Shown here: in pieces, positions 52,119 through 62,462 of the stretch | How the letters are laid out: each line of letters starts with the position of its first letter | Numbering within the stretch: the first letter of the stretch is position 1 | Assembly (NCBI GenBank): GCA_963787835.1 | Contig: CAWBEI010000002.1 | Coordinates: forward strand, 992,001 to 1,056,000 | Direction of reading: 5' to 3' | From: Ignavibacteriota bacterium | Lineage (GTDB): Bacteria > Bacteroidota > Ignavibacteria > Palsa-1295 | DNA: 64,000 bases | Made by a program: the position numbers and the translations under genes | Notes under the pieces: generated by a model | What the model saw: only the letters and a program-made list of their open reading frames with translations | What the model was told of the DNA's origin: nothing | Database searches by the model: none

Positions 52119-52385
52119 ATGAAAGACCGGGACGATAAACTTGTCAGGATCGCGAAGGCACTTGCGGATAAAACGCGGGTGAAGATCCTGCGCGAGTTGG
52201 TGAAACGCGGTCCCGTCAGTTGCGGTGAAGTTGGGAAGGATATACAGCTTTCGCAGCCGGCAGTTTCGCATCATCTAAAAATACTTGCGGATGCCAAGCT
52301 CGTTGTAATGGAGAAAGAAGGCCGTCAGGTGATCGTCATTGTGAATCGTAAGGCCATCGAGAAGTTTGCGTCACTCTTGCCATAA
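52119..52385 (+). CDS. ArsR/SmtB transcriptional regulator
   Basis: KALADKTRVKIL...SQPAVSHHLKIL...EGR. Confidence 0.9.
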   Translation: MKDRDDKLVRIAKALADKTRVKILRELVKRGPVSCGEVGKDIQLSQPAVSHHLKILADAKLVVMEKEGRQVIVIVNRKAIEKFASLLP

Positions 52386-52454
52386 GGATTTCGCCAGATT
52401 GTATCAAGATATTGAAATATTTAGATGTATTGATATAAGCTATCCCTTCGCTGC

Positions 52455-52940
52455 ATGAATCTTTTTCTTCCGTTCCCCGAAGATCTTTTAGCGACCGCAC
52501 GCTTTCTCGATGATAGCCGCCTGAACAAGCAGGTTGTTGAAGCGTATCAAATCGGCCAGATCGCAATTAAACGAATGCGGGAACCAGAAGCGAAGATCGG
52601 CTGGCGAAATCATCCATCGGCGCTGCTGGTGTATAATGAAGGGCGACCAAAATTGCCGTGGCTGCAAACGTACATCGAAGCGCTGGATGAAGAATGGCGA
52701 TTTCGGGGATTTCGAAGATCGGAGGAATTTTTAGCGAAGCTCGATGCGCTTTTTAGCGAAGCAAAGTCGGTACGTCATCTTTCGCAAGAGCCAGTTTGCT
52801 GCTTTGTTGGCAATGGCACTGTGACCCACGGCGATGCAACGCTTATTGGTAAGCTCTACCAAGCGTATCTTCTGAAAAAATATATCGAGCAATCGAGACC
52901 GCCGCGTTGGACTAGACGACCATCTCCGATGGATCACTAA
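52455..52940 (+). CDS. pyrimidine-dimer DNA glycosylase-like (MSMEG_6728/DenV-like) protein
   Basis: FLP...LDDSRLNKQVVEAYQI...GWRNHP...EW..RG. Confidence 0.75.
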   Translation: MNLFLPFPEDLLATARFLDDSRLNKQVVEAYQIGQIAIKRMREPEAKIGWRNHPSALLVYNEGRPKLPWLQTYIEALDEEWRFRGFRRSEEFLAKLDALFSEAKSVRHLSQEPVCCFVGNGTVTHGDATLIGKLYQAYLLKKYIEQSRPPRWTRRPSPMDH

Positions 52941-52956
52941 AACGATTTAAGTCCAG

Positions 52957-53445
52957 CTACTGCAAATACGCCCGGAGCATCCACGCCATTTTTTCGTGCT
53001 TCTCCATGAGGCCGGTGAGGAAATCGGCGGTTCCGGTATCGTGATATTTCGCCTGCACGGTTTCGAGGTCGGCGCGTAACGATTGAATGATACGTTCGTG
53101 ATCTGCAAGTAGCACAGCGATCATGGCTTCCGCTTCGGGATTTCTTCCCGGGTTCTCTTTTAGGCGCGTGTTGTCCAAGAATTCCTTCATGGTTCCAAAC
53201 GCCGAACCTCCGAGGCTGCGTGCGCGTTCGGCTACATCATCAAAAATTTCGTCGAGCGCTTCGTATTGAGTCTCGAAGAACTTGTGCATTTCCATGAAGT
53301 TCATTCCCACCACATTCCAGTGGTACTTGCGGGTTTTGGTGTAGAGCAGGTATTCGTCCGAGAGCAGCACGTTAAGGATACGCGTGACGCCGTCACGGTC
53401 TTTCGGAGTGAGTCCTATTTCGATGGATTTTTGTAAGTCAGCCAT
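52957..53445 (-). CDS. dps: DNA starvation/stationary phase protection protein
   Basis: HWNVVG, MHKFFE, DDVAER, HEKMAWML. Confidence 0.95.
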   Translation of the reverse strand: MADLQKSIEIGLTPKDRDGVTRILNVLLSDEYLLYTKTRKYHWNVVGMNFMEMHKFFETQYEALDEIFDDVAERARSLGGSAFGTMKEFLDNTRLKENPGRNPEAEAMIAVLLADHERIIQSLRADLETVQAKYHDTGTADFLTGLMEKHEKMAWMLRAYLQ

Positions 53446-53669
53446 AAATAATGTAAAAGCTAATAAGTGGTAGAAATCGCACCTGTTAACACGAATAGTT
53501 CGGAAACTACGCCTGATTTGTGAAGTGTGATGGTAAGAAAAACTGCCGGTTCTTCATTTTCCCCAAGCTAATTGTGAATTTTTACATTTTTCTGACAATG
53601 GCCTGACATTTTCATGACAACACGCCCCCGCCATTCAGATAATTTTGTACCCATAAAACAGGAGACATT

Positions 53670-54194
53670 ATGGTATATTCAAAATCCGCATTTGCATTGC
53701 TTTTCATATTTTCAACCATCTTCTTTGCAGGATGTGATATGGATATGGATTTTGGGGATTGGGGTAGTTTTACACCCGTGAAGCCGGCACCGCCTGCTCC
53801 ACCAGATACATCCTTTGAGGCTGGATGGGCGGGTCGATGGTACGCCGTGGATACCTCCTTCGGTGGAATCGACACATTAGACTTGAGTGCGAATGGGGAC
53901 ACATTATGGGTTCCAAAGAGAGCGCCTTTTCAAACCATGTGGACTACCACAAATATGACGATCACTGCAACCACTTTAGAGGTCACTGATTTGTATCTTG
54001 ATTTCCGATGTCTTACTTATAACCTTGACGGTTCGATAAGTCATGCATGGAGTGAGTCGTTCAGCTTTGAGTATCCTGAGGACAGCTTGATGACCGGTGG
54101 GGAAGAAATGGATACACTCACATTTAATGGGAGGTACAACGTACGGGGTGCCTTATTCGGGCAGCCAATTACGTTTACACGCCGGCCACAATAA
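53670..54194 (+). CDS. hypothetical lipoprotein
   Basis: RBS AGGAG; FAGC lipobox. Confidence 0.65.
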   Translation: MVYSKSAFALLFIFSTIFFAGCDMDMDFGDWGSFTPVKPAPPAPPDTSFEAGWAGRWYAVDTSFGGIDTLDLSANGDTLWVPKRAPFQTMWTTTNMTITATTLEVTDLYLDFRCLTYNLDGSISHAWSESFSFEYPEDSLMTGGEEMDTLTFNGRYNVRGALFGQPITFTRRPQ

Positions 54195-54224
54195 TGGATG
54201 GAAAACCAATAATCTGGAGGCATT

Positions 54225-54887
54225 ATGGCACACTCAAAATTCCCATTGTTCACATTTTTGGCATTGCTGGGCGCAGCGGTTTCGGGCTGCGCAACTACTA
54301 AGAATCTTTCGTCGGATTCCGCAGCGAACGAAGAAATAACTCGGAGCACCGTACGGGATGGTGCCGAGATCAAGCTCAAGGACCATACCGTTGAGTACGC
54401 TGCTTTTCATGTCGCTGTGAGGGCCGATTCGACGGAATGGTATTCCGAAGACTGGGTACTACGTCATGCAATCGCAACGACTTCCATCGAGTCGATCAGG
54501 ATTCGAACGCCAGAAAGTTTCTTGGCCGGGGTAGGATCAGGATTTGAAGCGGGTATCATTCCGAGCATGATAGTTGGGCTGTTGGCATATTCAGCAGGGG
54601 GCTCTGGTTTGGGGATAATGGGCGGGGGATGGAATGAGGCACATGCGCTCCCTGGCCTTGAATACGGTTTTGGCATCGTGATGGCGCCCTTCCTTATCGT
54701 CGGCGGATTGACATGTTCCGACCACCAAACCGTGTATGAAAGCAACCCAGTCCAAAACCAAACAGCGGAACCCGATCTCCAAGCCGAAGCCAGCGGGAAA
54801 TGGGTGTTAAAGAATACCCTATGGGTTTTCGTCCCCAACGATACGCTCACTAAGCATGATACCACCCAAACAAAGCTCCCAAATTAG
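54225..54887 (+). CDS. lipoprotein with Gly-rich hydrophobic region, paralog 1
   Basis: VSGC lipobox; VRxDSTxW motif shared with the next two genes. Confidence 0.7.
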   Translation: MAHSKFPLFTFLALLGAAVSGCATTKNLSSDSAANEEITRSTVRDGAEIKLKDHTVEYAAFHVAVRADSTEWYSEDWVLRHAIATTSIESIRIRTPESFLAGVGSGFEAGIIPSMIVGLLAYSAGGSGLGIMGGGWNEAHALPGLEYGFGIVMAPFLIVGGLTCSDHQTVYESNPVQNQTAEPDLQAEASGKWVLKNTLWVFVPNDTLTKHDTTQTKLPN

Positions 54888-54903
54888 TTAACAGGAGTCC
54901 ATT

Positions 54904-55416
54904 ATGCAATACCATTCAAGATTCCCACATTTCGCATTTCTGGCACTGATGTGCGCGGCGGTTGCGAGCTGCACATCTTCAAACCGTTTAAGCAGCGACC
55001 CGCAGACGGCTGAGGATATTCTGCGCGAAAGCACGATACACATGGCGCGCGTCACATTAATTAATGGCTATCGAGTGGATTGTTACTCCGTCGTCGTTCG
55101 AAAGGATTCTACGAGATGGCGATTGAATGATACTGCTTCGGAAGTAGCCATTCCAACGGATAGCATTTACTCAATAAATATTCCAGAACCCCAAATAGGC
55201 GGGGGCATAGCTGCTGGCATTTTAGGCGGCGCAGTTATAGGAGGAGCGATCGGCTATGCCACCACCCCCGCGCCATCCGCAAGCAATCTTGATAATTTAG
55301 CCGGTATTGGAACTGTTCTCGATATATTGGCCGGCGCGGCTCTCGGAATCGTGTTTGGAGCTATCTTGGGCGGTTCCATTGGAGCCACCAATGGTTCGGT
55401 CTGGACAACACATTAG
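54904..55416 (+). CDS. glycine-zipper lipoprotein, paralog 2
   Basis: VASC lipobox; GxxxG-rich helices. Confidence 0.7.
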   Translation: MQYHSRFPHFAFLALMCAAVASCTSSNRLSSDPQTAEDILRESTIHMARVTLINGYRVDCYSVVVRKDSTRWRLNDTASEVAIPTDSIYSINIPEPQIGGGIAAGILGGAVIGGAIGYATTPAPSASNLDNLAGIGTVLDILAGAALGIVFGAILGGSIGATNGSVWTTH

Positions 55417-55433
55417 TTAACAGAGGTGCTTTT

Positions 55434-56075
55434 ATGCAACACCATTCAAAATTCCCACTGTTCGCATTGCTGGCACTCATGTGCGCGGCGGTTTCGGGCT
55501 GCACCTCTTCAAACCGTTTAAGTGCCGATCCTCAGACCGCCGAAACAATTCTGGAAGAGAGCTCGGATCATGGGGCTACCGTCACATTAATGAATGGCGA
55601 TACGATCCATTGCTACGCTGTTTCGGTTCGAAAAGACTCGACCCGGTGGCAACTGATCAAATCTGGACTGGAGGTATTAGGAACGGAGATATCCGTGGCA
55701 ACCGACAGCATATTCTCTATTAGAATTGGTTATCCTAAGATTCAATCTGGAATGGTTTCACGAGCAGAGGTTGGTGCATTCGGTGGATGGGCCTCAGGTT
55801 TCGTATTGGGTTTGCTAACACCGGTCCCTGTTTCGATTCTGGGTATTCCGTTCAAATTTCCTTTTGATTTCACTTATGCTCTTCAGACAAGTCTTGTTGG
55901 CGGGGTTGTGGGATTGGTCGTTGGCGGCATCATCGGAGGAATTATTGGCGCCGCAGACAATGGAACGGTTTGGAGAGGCGGTGGGAAGTGGGATTCGACG
56001 CTCGATCAATGGATCTACCCATCGATGGACTCGCTGCGTTTACGTGATACAATTGATACCAAGCTCCCACATTAA
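55434..56075 (+). CDS. glycine-zipper lipoprotein, paralog 3
   Basis: 5' region nearly identical to paralog 2. Confidence 0.7.
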   Translation: MQHHSKFPLFALLALMCAAVSGCTSSNRLSADPQTAETILEESSDHGATVTLMNGDTIHCYAVSVRKDSTRWQLIKSGLEVLGTEISVATDSIFSIRIGYPKIQSGMVSRAEVGAFGGWASGFVLGLLTPVPVSILGIPFKFPFDFTYALQTSLVGGVVGLVVGGIIGGIIGAADNGTVWRGGGKWDSTLDQWIYPSMDSLRLRDTIDTKLPH

Positions 56076-56116
56076 TTAAAAGGGAAATTCTCAACACCGC
56101 ACATGTGCGAGGTGTT

Positions 56117-56359
56117 TTAAGCTTCTTCCATCTCATCCGTCAGCGCATCGCCGGTATCTTCGATGATGGATCGTGCGCGAGCGAGATCGCCGGGCTCTAC
56201 GTAGAGGTGAAAGCCATTCGAGAAGTCGATCATGGGAAGCACGTTTGAGCGGTCCTGCGCTTCGATCATGGCCTCGATGCCTTCGCGTTCGAGCTTGGTG
56301 CGGACGAGTTCTGCCTCGAATTCAGTTTGGTAGGTTGAGAGGAGTTCTAAGTCTTTCAT
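56117..56359 (-). CDS. DUF2007-like putative signal-transducing protein
   Basis: EAELVRTKLEREGIEA...LYVEPGDLARARSII. Confidence 0.75.
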   Translation of the reverse strand: MKDLELLSTYQTEFEAELVRTKLEREGIEAMIEAQDRSNVLPMIDFSNGFHLYVEPGDLARARSIIEDTGDALTDEMEEA

Positions 56360-56652
56360 TTAGTTGTGAGTAATGAGTAACGAGTACGGGAAAATATAAT
56401 GCAAAGCAACACTTCTTACGCGTTACTCATTCACTCGTTACTTAAAGCAAAAATACGATTTTTCTCTCGGAGCCTGAAAAATTTATTATTTTTGTATTCA
56501 AAAGAATGAAAAACCACGAGTGACGATGATCGCCGAAGGCGATTTTTAGGTTCTCCTGCATCGTCAATCGTAGTTGTTCCTTCCTCCGTAACGCATGAGG
56601 TATCATGTGTGTGATGCCTTTGACTTGAACATCTCCACGCCCCAAAAGATAG

Positions 56653-57315
56653 ATGCCGCAAATTTTTAAGAGGAGCACGAACGCGCTCGCGCGAGTGTCG
56701 ATCGTTAGCTCGGGAGGAATCGCCGTGCTTGCGATCTACTATCTCTTTTTGGGGTTGCCACGCTCTTCGTATTTTAATCAGACCGAGGTCATTAAAACAC
56801 AACCGGTGCAGTTCAGCCACAAGCATCATGTGGGCGATGACGGTATCGACTGCCGCTATTGCCACACTTCGGTTGAAAGCTCGGCAAGCGCCGGAATGCC
56901 TCCGACCAAAACGTGCATGAATTGCCATTCCCAGCTTTTCGCCACGACTGTGTATCTTGAGCCTGTCCGTGAAAGCTGGAAGACCGGCATCCCGATCAAA
57001 TGGACGCGCATTCACGATCTTCCAGACTATGTGTATTTTAACCATTCCATCCATCTCAACAAAGGCGTAGGCTGCTCGACGTGCCATGGACGTGTTGACC
57101 AGATGCCCCTGGTACGACAAGTATCCTCGCTTCAGATGGAATGGTGCATCCAGTGCCACCGCGCACCGGAACAATATCTTAGACCCCGAAGCCAGGTATT
57201 CAACATGGCGTATGAAGCGCCATCAAATCAACAAGAACTTGGCTTGAAACTGAAGAAGGAATATCATGTGCTTGGCTCGGATGTATTAACGAGCTGCTCG
57301 ACGTGCCACCGCTAA
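56653..57315 (+). CDS. actA: alternative complex III pentaheme cytochrome c
   Basis: Five CxxCH motifs, QPVQFSHKHH, N-terminal TM. Confidence 0.92.
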   Translation: MPQIFKRSTNALARVSIVSSGGIAVLAIYYLFLGLPRSSYFNQTEVIKTQPVQFSHKHHVGDDGIDCRYCHTSVESSASAGMPPTKTCMNCHSQLFATTVYLEPVRESWKTGIPIKWTRIHDLPDYVYFNHSIHLNKGVGCSTCHGRVDQMPLVRQVSSLQMEWCIQCHRAPEQYLRPRSQVFNMAYEAPSNQQELGLKLKKEYHVLGSDVLTSCSTCHR

Positions 57316-60300
57316 TGGAGACTCAAAAAGTGGATAGTGGAAAGTTCATAGTGGATAACGAGAATGGGAGAGGAAATTTTGTTCCGCTCTCCACTATCCG
57401 TTATCCACTTTCCACTTCCCCAAAAGAATACTGGCGTTCCCTCGATGAGCTGGCGGATTCTCCGGAGTTCGATAGCTTTGTTCGCCGCGAGTATCCATCG
57501 CAAACCGAGGTTCTGATTGACCCGGTCAGCCGCCGATCCTTCATGAAGCTAATGGGCGCATCTCTTGGCCTTGCCGGCCTTGCGGCGTGTACCGTTCAGC
57601 CGAAAGAAGAAGTTATTCCTTATGTGAAGCAGCCGGAAGAGGTTGTCCCCGGCAAGCCACTTTATTTTGCCACAGCCATGCCACGCTCCGGCGGAGCGAT
57701 GGGCTTACTGGTCCGCAGTAACGAAGGCCGTCCGACGAAAGTCGAAGGCAATCCCGATCATCCGGCGAGCCTTGGCGCGACGGATATTTTTGCCCAAGCT
57801 GCAATTTTAGGATTGTACGATCCTGACCGCTCGCAGGCGATCAGTCATTTGGGCGATGTTGGCCAGTGGGGAGATTTCGTAACTGCTATCGCAGGTCGAG
57901 TTTCCCTATTGGGATCGAACAAGGGCGAAGGCCTTCGCTTTCTCACAGAATCGACAACATCGCCCTCGTTCGCAGCGATGATGCAGGGCATTCTTACCGA
58001 CTTGCCATCTGCAAAATGGCATCAATACGAGCCGGCCAAAGGCAATGGCCAGTTCTATGCTGCCGGCGCGAACACGAATGTGATGTACCGCTTCGACAAA
58101 GCGGATCGCATTCTTTCGCTGGACAGCGATTTCATGACGGATTCCAGTTCCAGCGTTCGTTATGCGCGCGATTGGGCTACTCGCCGTAAGGTAAGTACCT
58201 CCAGTTCGGATATGAGCCGCCTGTATGTTGCGGAGACGAGCTTTTCCACGACGGGAGCGAATGCGGATAATCGCATTGCGGTTCGCCCAAGCGAGTATCA
58301 ATCATTCGTTGAAGCAATTGCGAGCGCTCTCGGCGTTGGCGTTAGTTCCTCCGGCAAGATCACGGATAGGCAAGGCGCGTTTGTGGATGCGGTTGCCAAA
58401 GATCTTCTTGCAATGAAGGGCCGATCCCTTGTGATAGTCGGGGAATGGCAGCCTGCGTACATTCATGCGCTCGCTCGCAAGATAAACGAGGCGCTTGGGA
58501 ATGTTAGTAACACTGTTTTTTATTCCAGCGCCGTCGAAGCAAGCCCGGTCGATCATCTTGCTTCGATCACCGATCTTGCGCTTGATATGGCGAAGGGTGA
58601 GGTCGATACGCTCATCATACTGGGTGGGGTGAATCCGGTTTATTCCGCCCCGGCCGATCTGAATTTTGCGACGGCGATGAAGAAAGTTCCATTCATCGTG
58701 CATCACGGCCTGTATTATGATGAGACGGCCGAGCTTTCCCATTGGCATGTGAACGAAGCGCACTTCCTGGAAGCATGGGGTGATGCCAAAGCTCACGATG
58801 GCACGGCTTCGATCATACAGCCGCTTATCGCGCCGCTGTATGGCGGCAAGACCTCGGCCGAAGTGCTCACGACGTTCACAAAGAACGCGTCGCTCTCAGC
58901 CTACGAGATCGTTAAGAATTACTGGACCTCTGGCGATAAAAACGGCGATGTCGTGAAATCGTGGCGCAAAGCGCTGAACGATGGCGTCATCCAAAATACT
59001 CAAACCGCAGTTCTCACGGCTGCGCCCGCTGGATCTCCGGAACAATCACAGCCTGCGGCGGCAAGCAGTAATGCTGGTGAAGGTTATGACATCGTATTCC
59101 GCCCTGATCCGACGATCTACGATGGGCGCTACGCAAATTTAGGATGGCTTCAGGAATTACAGAAGCCGATCACGACCCTCACATGGGATAACGCCGCTTT
59201 CGTGAGCCAGAAAACAGCCGAGGCGCTGGATCTCAAGGCGACACTTCGATTTACGGGCGGCGAATACGAGTGCGATGTTGTTCATATCGAAGTCGATGGC
59301 AAGAGCGTGAACGCTCCGGTATGGATCATCCCCGGTCAGCCGGATAATACGGTGACCGTTCATCTTGGCTATGGCCGAAAGAAGGCTGGCAAAGTAGGAA
59401 CCGAACTTGGCTTTGACGCCGGGCAAATTCGTACGACAAAGAATTTCTGGTTCGCAACCGGCGCGAAAGTTCGAAAGAAAAATCAAACCTACAAGCTGGC
59501 CGGTACGCAGGTACACTTCTCGATGGAAGATCGTAATGCGGTGCGTTCGGCTACGTTCGAGGAGTACAAGAAGCATCCTGATTTTGTCCACCATGCGATC
59601 GAAGCGCCCAAGCCAGGCAGAGCGCCAGAGAGCTTGGAAGAGCCCTCGAAGGAAATGTCGATGTTCCCGCCCTACAAGTACAATGGGTACGCATGGGGCA
59701 TGACGATCGACCTGAATTCCTGCATCGGCTGCAATGCGTGTATGATCGCCTGCGTGGCGGAGAATAACATTCCCGTCGTCGGCAAGGAGCAAGTACTTCG
59801 CAGCCGCGAAATGCACTGGATCCGTGTGGATCGGTATTACACCGGCGCTGCCGAAGATCCCGAGACATATTTCCAGCCGGTTCCCTGCCAGCAGTGCGAG
59901 AACGCTCCGTGCGAGCTCGTCTGCCCGGTCGGTGCAACAGTACACAGTTCCGAGGGCTTGAACGACATGACGTATAACCGTTGTGTCGGTACACGATATT
60001 GCGGCAACAACTGTCCCTATAAAGTGCGCCGGTTCAACTTCCTGCTGTATCAGGATTGGACGACGCCGCAATTCAAGATGATGCGCAATCCGGAAGTCAC
60101 GGTTCGCAGCCGTGGCGTGATGGAAAAATGCACGTATTGTGTGCAGCGGATTCAAAATGCAAAGATCGGCGCAGAAAAGGAAAACCGCCGCGTGCGCGAT
60201 GGAGACATCGTCACCGCATGCGAAGCCGTCTGCCCGACGGATGCGATCGTGTTTGGGGACATCAACGATGCCACCAGCCGCGTTGCAAAACTCAAGAGCG

Positions 60301-60437
60301 ATACTCGTAATTACGCGCTCCTGGGCGATCTGAACACGCAGCCGCGCACCACGTATCTTGGCGTGGTTCGCAACCCGAACCTCGAGATCAAGCGTATCCC
60401 AGGAAAGCGCGAAAGTATTTTGGAGGAGATCTCCTGA
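57315..60437 (+). CDS. actB: alternative complex III molybdopterin-like/Fe-S subunit
   Basis: YWRSLDEL, SRRSFMK Tat motif, C-terminal ferredoxin cysteine clusters. Confidence 0.94.
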   Translation: METQKVDSGKFIVDNENGRGNFVPLSTIRYPLSTSPKEYWRSLDELADSPEFDSFVRREYPSQTEVLIDPVSRRSFMKLMGASLGLAGLAACTVQPKEEVIPYVKQPEEVVPGKPLYFATAMPRSGGAMGLLVRSNEGRPTKVEGNPDHPASLGATDIFAQAAILGLYDPDRSQAISHLGDVGQWGDFVTAIAGRVSLLGSNKGEGLRFLTESTTSPSFAAMMQGILTDLPSAKWHQYEPAKGNGQFYAAGANTNVMYRFDKADRILSLDSDFMTDSSSSVRYARDWATRRKVSTSSSDMSRLYVAETSFSTTGANADNRIAVRPSEYQSFVEAIASALGVGVSSSGKITDRQGAFVDAVAKDLLAMKGRSLVIVGEWQPAYIHALARKINEALGNVSNTVFYSSAVEASPVDHLASITDLALDMAKGEVDTLIILGGVNPVYSAPADLNFATAMKKVPFIVHHGLYYDETAELSHWHVNEAHFLEAWGDAKAHDGTASIIQPLIAPLYGGKTSAEVLTTFTKNASLSAYEIVKNYWTSGDKNGDVVKSWRKALNDGVIQNTQTAVLTAAPAGSPEQSQPAAASSNAGEGYDIVFRPDPTIYDGRYANLGWLQELQKPITTLTWDNAAFVSQKTAEALDLKATLRFTGGEYECDVVHIEVDGKSVNAPVWIIPGQPDNTVTVHLGYGRKKAGKVGTELGFDAGQIRTTKNFWFATGAKVRKKNQTYKLAGTQVHFSMEDRNAVRSATFEEYKKHPDFVHHAIEAPKPGRAPESLEEPSKEMSMFPPYKYNGYAWGMTIDLNSCIGCNACMIACVAENNIPVVGKEQVLRSREMHWIRVDRYYTGAAEDPETYFQPVPCQQCENAPCELVCPVGATVHSSEGLNDMTYNRCVGTRYCGNNCPYKVRRFNFLLYQDWTTPQFKMMRNPEVTVRSRGVMEKCTYCVQRIQNAKIGAEKENRRVRDGDIVTACEAVCPTDAIVFGDINDATSRVAKLKSDTRNYALLGDLNTQPRTTYLGVVRNPNLEIKRIPGKRESILEEIS

Positions 60438-60441
60438 CGCC

Positions 60442-61902
60442 ATGAGTGCCAACGATACAAACGTGAAGCCGCAGACGATCGGTCATCCGAGCGGAAAGCC
60501 CGGAGAGTTCGACATCAACTCCCCGGATGGGCCGGTGCTCGCGCTCGGCCTGTCGTATGAAGCTGTTACTGACAAGATCTCCAACATTGTTCTCAAGATG
60601 GGAACGCCGCGTTGGTGGTTCGGCACCATGCTCATTTCCTCGTCACTCGCGGTCGGACTGTTGTTTGCGCTTACCGTATTGGTATTCAAGGGAATCGGGA
60701 TCTGGGGAAACAACCAGCCGATGGGCTGGGACTGGGATATTACCAATTTCGTTTGGTGGATCGGTATCGGTCATGCCGGAACGCTGATCTCAGCTATTCT
60801 TCTTCTGTTGAAGCAAGAGTGGCGCACTTCCATCAGCCGCTTTTCGGAAACGATGACGATCTTTGCGGTTATGTGCGCAGGCTTGTTCCCGGTGTTCCAT
60901 ACAGGCCGTCCGTGGCTCGCGTATTGGTTGTTTCCGCTTCCGAATACGATGGGTGTGTGGCCGCAGTTCAAGAGCCCGCTCGTGTGGGACGTATTTGCAG
61001 TATCGACATATTTTACGCTTTCGCTCGTGTTTTGGTATATCGGTATGGTTCCGGATTTTGGAACCTTGCGAGATCGTGCAAAGCCGACGTTCTTGAAGAA
61101 ATTTTACGGAATGCTCTCGATGGGCTGGCGCGGATCGACACGGCACTGGAGCCGTTATGAAACGGCGGCATTATTGCTTGCCGGACTTTGTACGCCGCTT
61201 GTCGTTTCCGTTCACTCGGTCGTTAGTATGGACTTCGCTGTTGGTATTGTGCCGGGCTGGCATACTACGATCTTCCCACCGTATTTCGTTGCGGGCGCTG
61301 TTTATTCCGGATTTGCGATGGTGCTGACGCTCGTCATACCCGCACGTAAACTGTTCGGGTTGGAAGAGTATATCACCATGCGCCATATCGATAGCATGGG
61401 TAAGGTGATGCTGGCGACGGGAATGATCGTTGGATACGCATATTCCTTCGAGCCGTTTTTCGGGCTTATCTACTCTGGCAGCAAATACGAGCATTTCCTG
61501 ATCCTGAATCGCGCGTTCGGACCCTATGCTGCATTTTACTGGGCGCTCGTGCTATGCAATGTGATCACGCCGCAGTTCTTATGGTTCAGGAAGATCCGTA
61601 AGAATCTGGTTGCGCTGTTCATTATCTCCATCATTGTCAATATCGGAATGTGGTTGGAGCGCTTCGTTATCATTGCCGTAAGCTTGCACCGCGATTTTCT
61701 CCCAAGCTCGTGGGGATATTTCAAACCGACCATTTTTGACGTGCTTACCTTCGCCGGTACGATCGGTTTCTTCGTAACGCTAATGTTGCTATTCCTGCGC
61801 GCGATGCCGGCGATCCCAATGTTCGAAATCAAAACGGCGCTTCCCCAAGCACATACCGATCGCGTGGATGAAGCAACCTATGAAGAGGAGGTCGCATCGT
61901 GA
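60442..61902 (+). CDS. actC: alternative complex III NrfD-like quinol-oxidising subunit
   Basis: WDITNFVWWIGIGHAGTLISA, HTGRPW, WHTTIFPPYF. Confidence 0.95.
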   Translation: MSANDTNVKPQTIGHPSGKPGEFDINSPDGPVLALGLSYEAVTDKISNIVLKMGTPRWWFGTMLISSSLAVGLLFALTVLVFKGIGIWGNNQPMGWDWDITNFVWWIGIGHAGTLISAILLLLKQEWRTSISRFSETMTIFAVMCAGLFPVFHTGRPWLAYWLFPLPNTMGVWPQFKSPLVWDVFAVSTYFTLSLVFWYIGMVPDFGTLRDRAKPTFLKKFYGMLSMGWRGSTRHWSRYETAALLLAGLCTPLVVSVHSVVSMDFAVGIVPGWHTTIFPPYFVAGAVYSGFAMVLTLVIPARKLFGLEEYITMRHIDSMGKVMLATGMIVGYAYSFEPFFGLIYSGSKYEHFLILNRAFGPYAAFYWALVLCNVITPQFLWFRKIRKNLVALFIISIIVNIGMWLERFVIIAVSLHRDFLPSSWGYFKPTIFDVLTFAGTIGFFVTLMLLFLRAMPAIPMFEIKTALPQAHTDRVDEATYEEEVAS

Positions 61903-62462
61903 AGCAATCCTCGTCAACGATGAAGAAATATCCGGTTTATGGCGTGATGGCAGAATATGAAACGCCATCCGCGCTCATTGCAGCTACGAAGCAAGCCTAC
62001 GATGCCGGTTACCGCGTGATGGATGCGTACACGCCGTTTCCGATCGAGGAAGTTTCCGAAATGCTCGGGTTCCTGCGGCATCATAATAAGGTTCCATTAG
62101 CCACGCTTATTGGCGGGTTACTTGGCGGAATTGGTGGATATACGCTGGCAAGCTTTGCTTCCTCGGTCTGGTATCCGCTTAATATTGCAGGCCGGCCGTA
62201 TATTACCTGGCCGATGTATATTCCCGTTACGTTCGAGAGCACCATTCTCATTGCCGGACTTAGCTGTGCGATCGGCATGCTTGCGATGAACGGGCTTCCC
62301 TCTCCGTATCATCCCGTCTTTAATGTTCCTGGGTTTAACCTCGCTACCAACAACCGCTTCTTTCTCTGCATCGAAGCGCGCGATCCGAAGTATAGCGAAG
62401 ATACCGTCACCGATTTCCTGAAACGAACGAAAGCAACGGAGGTGACGCGTGTCGAAGGATAA
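61899..62462 (+). CDS. actD: alternative complex III subunit D (DUF3341)
   Basis: DAYTPFP, GRP, PVTFE. Confidence 0.9.
   Translation: MKQSSSTMKKYPVYGVMAEYETPSALIAATKQAYDAGYRVMDAYTPFPIEEVSEMLGFLRHHNKVPLATLIGGLLGGIGGYTLASFASSVWYPLNIAGRPYITWPMYIPVTFESTILIAGLSCAIGMLAMNGLPSPYHPVFNVPGFNLATNNRFFLCIEARDPKYSEDTVTDFLKRTKATEVTRVEG

Noticed and set aside
57350-57410. DnaA-box-like GTGGATAAC and TTATCCACT in actB
   Set aside because: Part of the heptamer inverted repeat within coding sequence.
59157-60452. 431-aa minus-strand ORF and other long antisense ORFs (e.g. 15345-16268, 17243-18142, 20697-21605)
   Set aside because: Shadows of well-supported genes on the opposite strand; no motifs.
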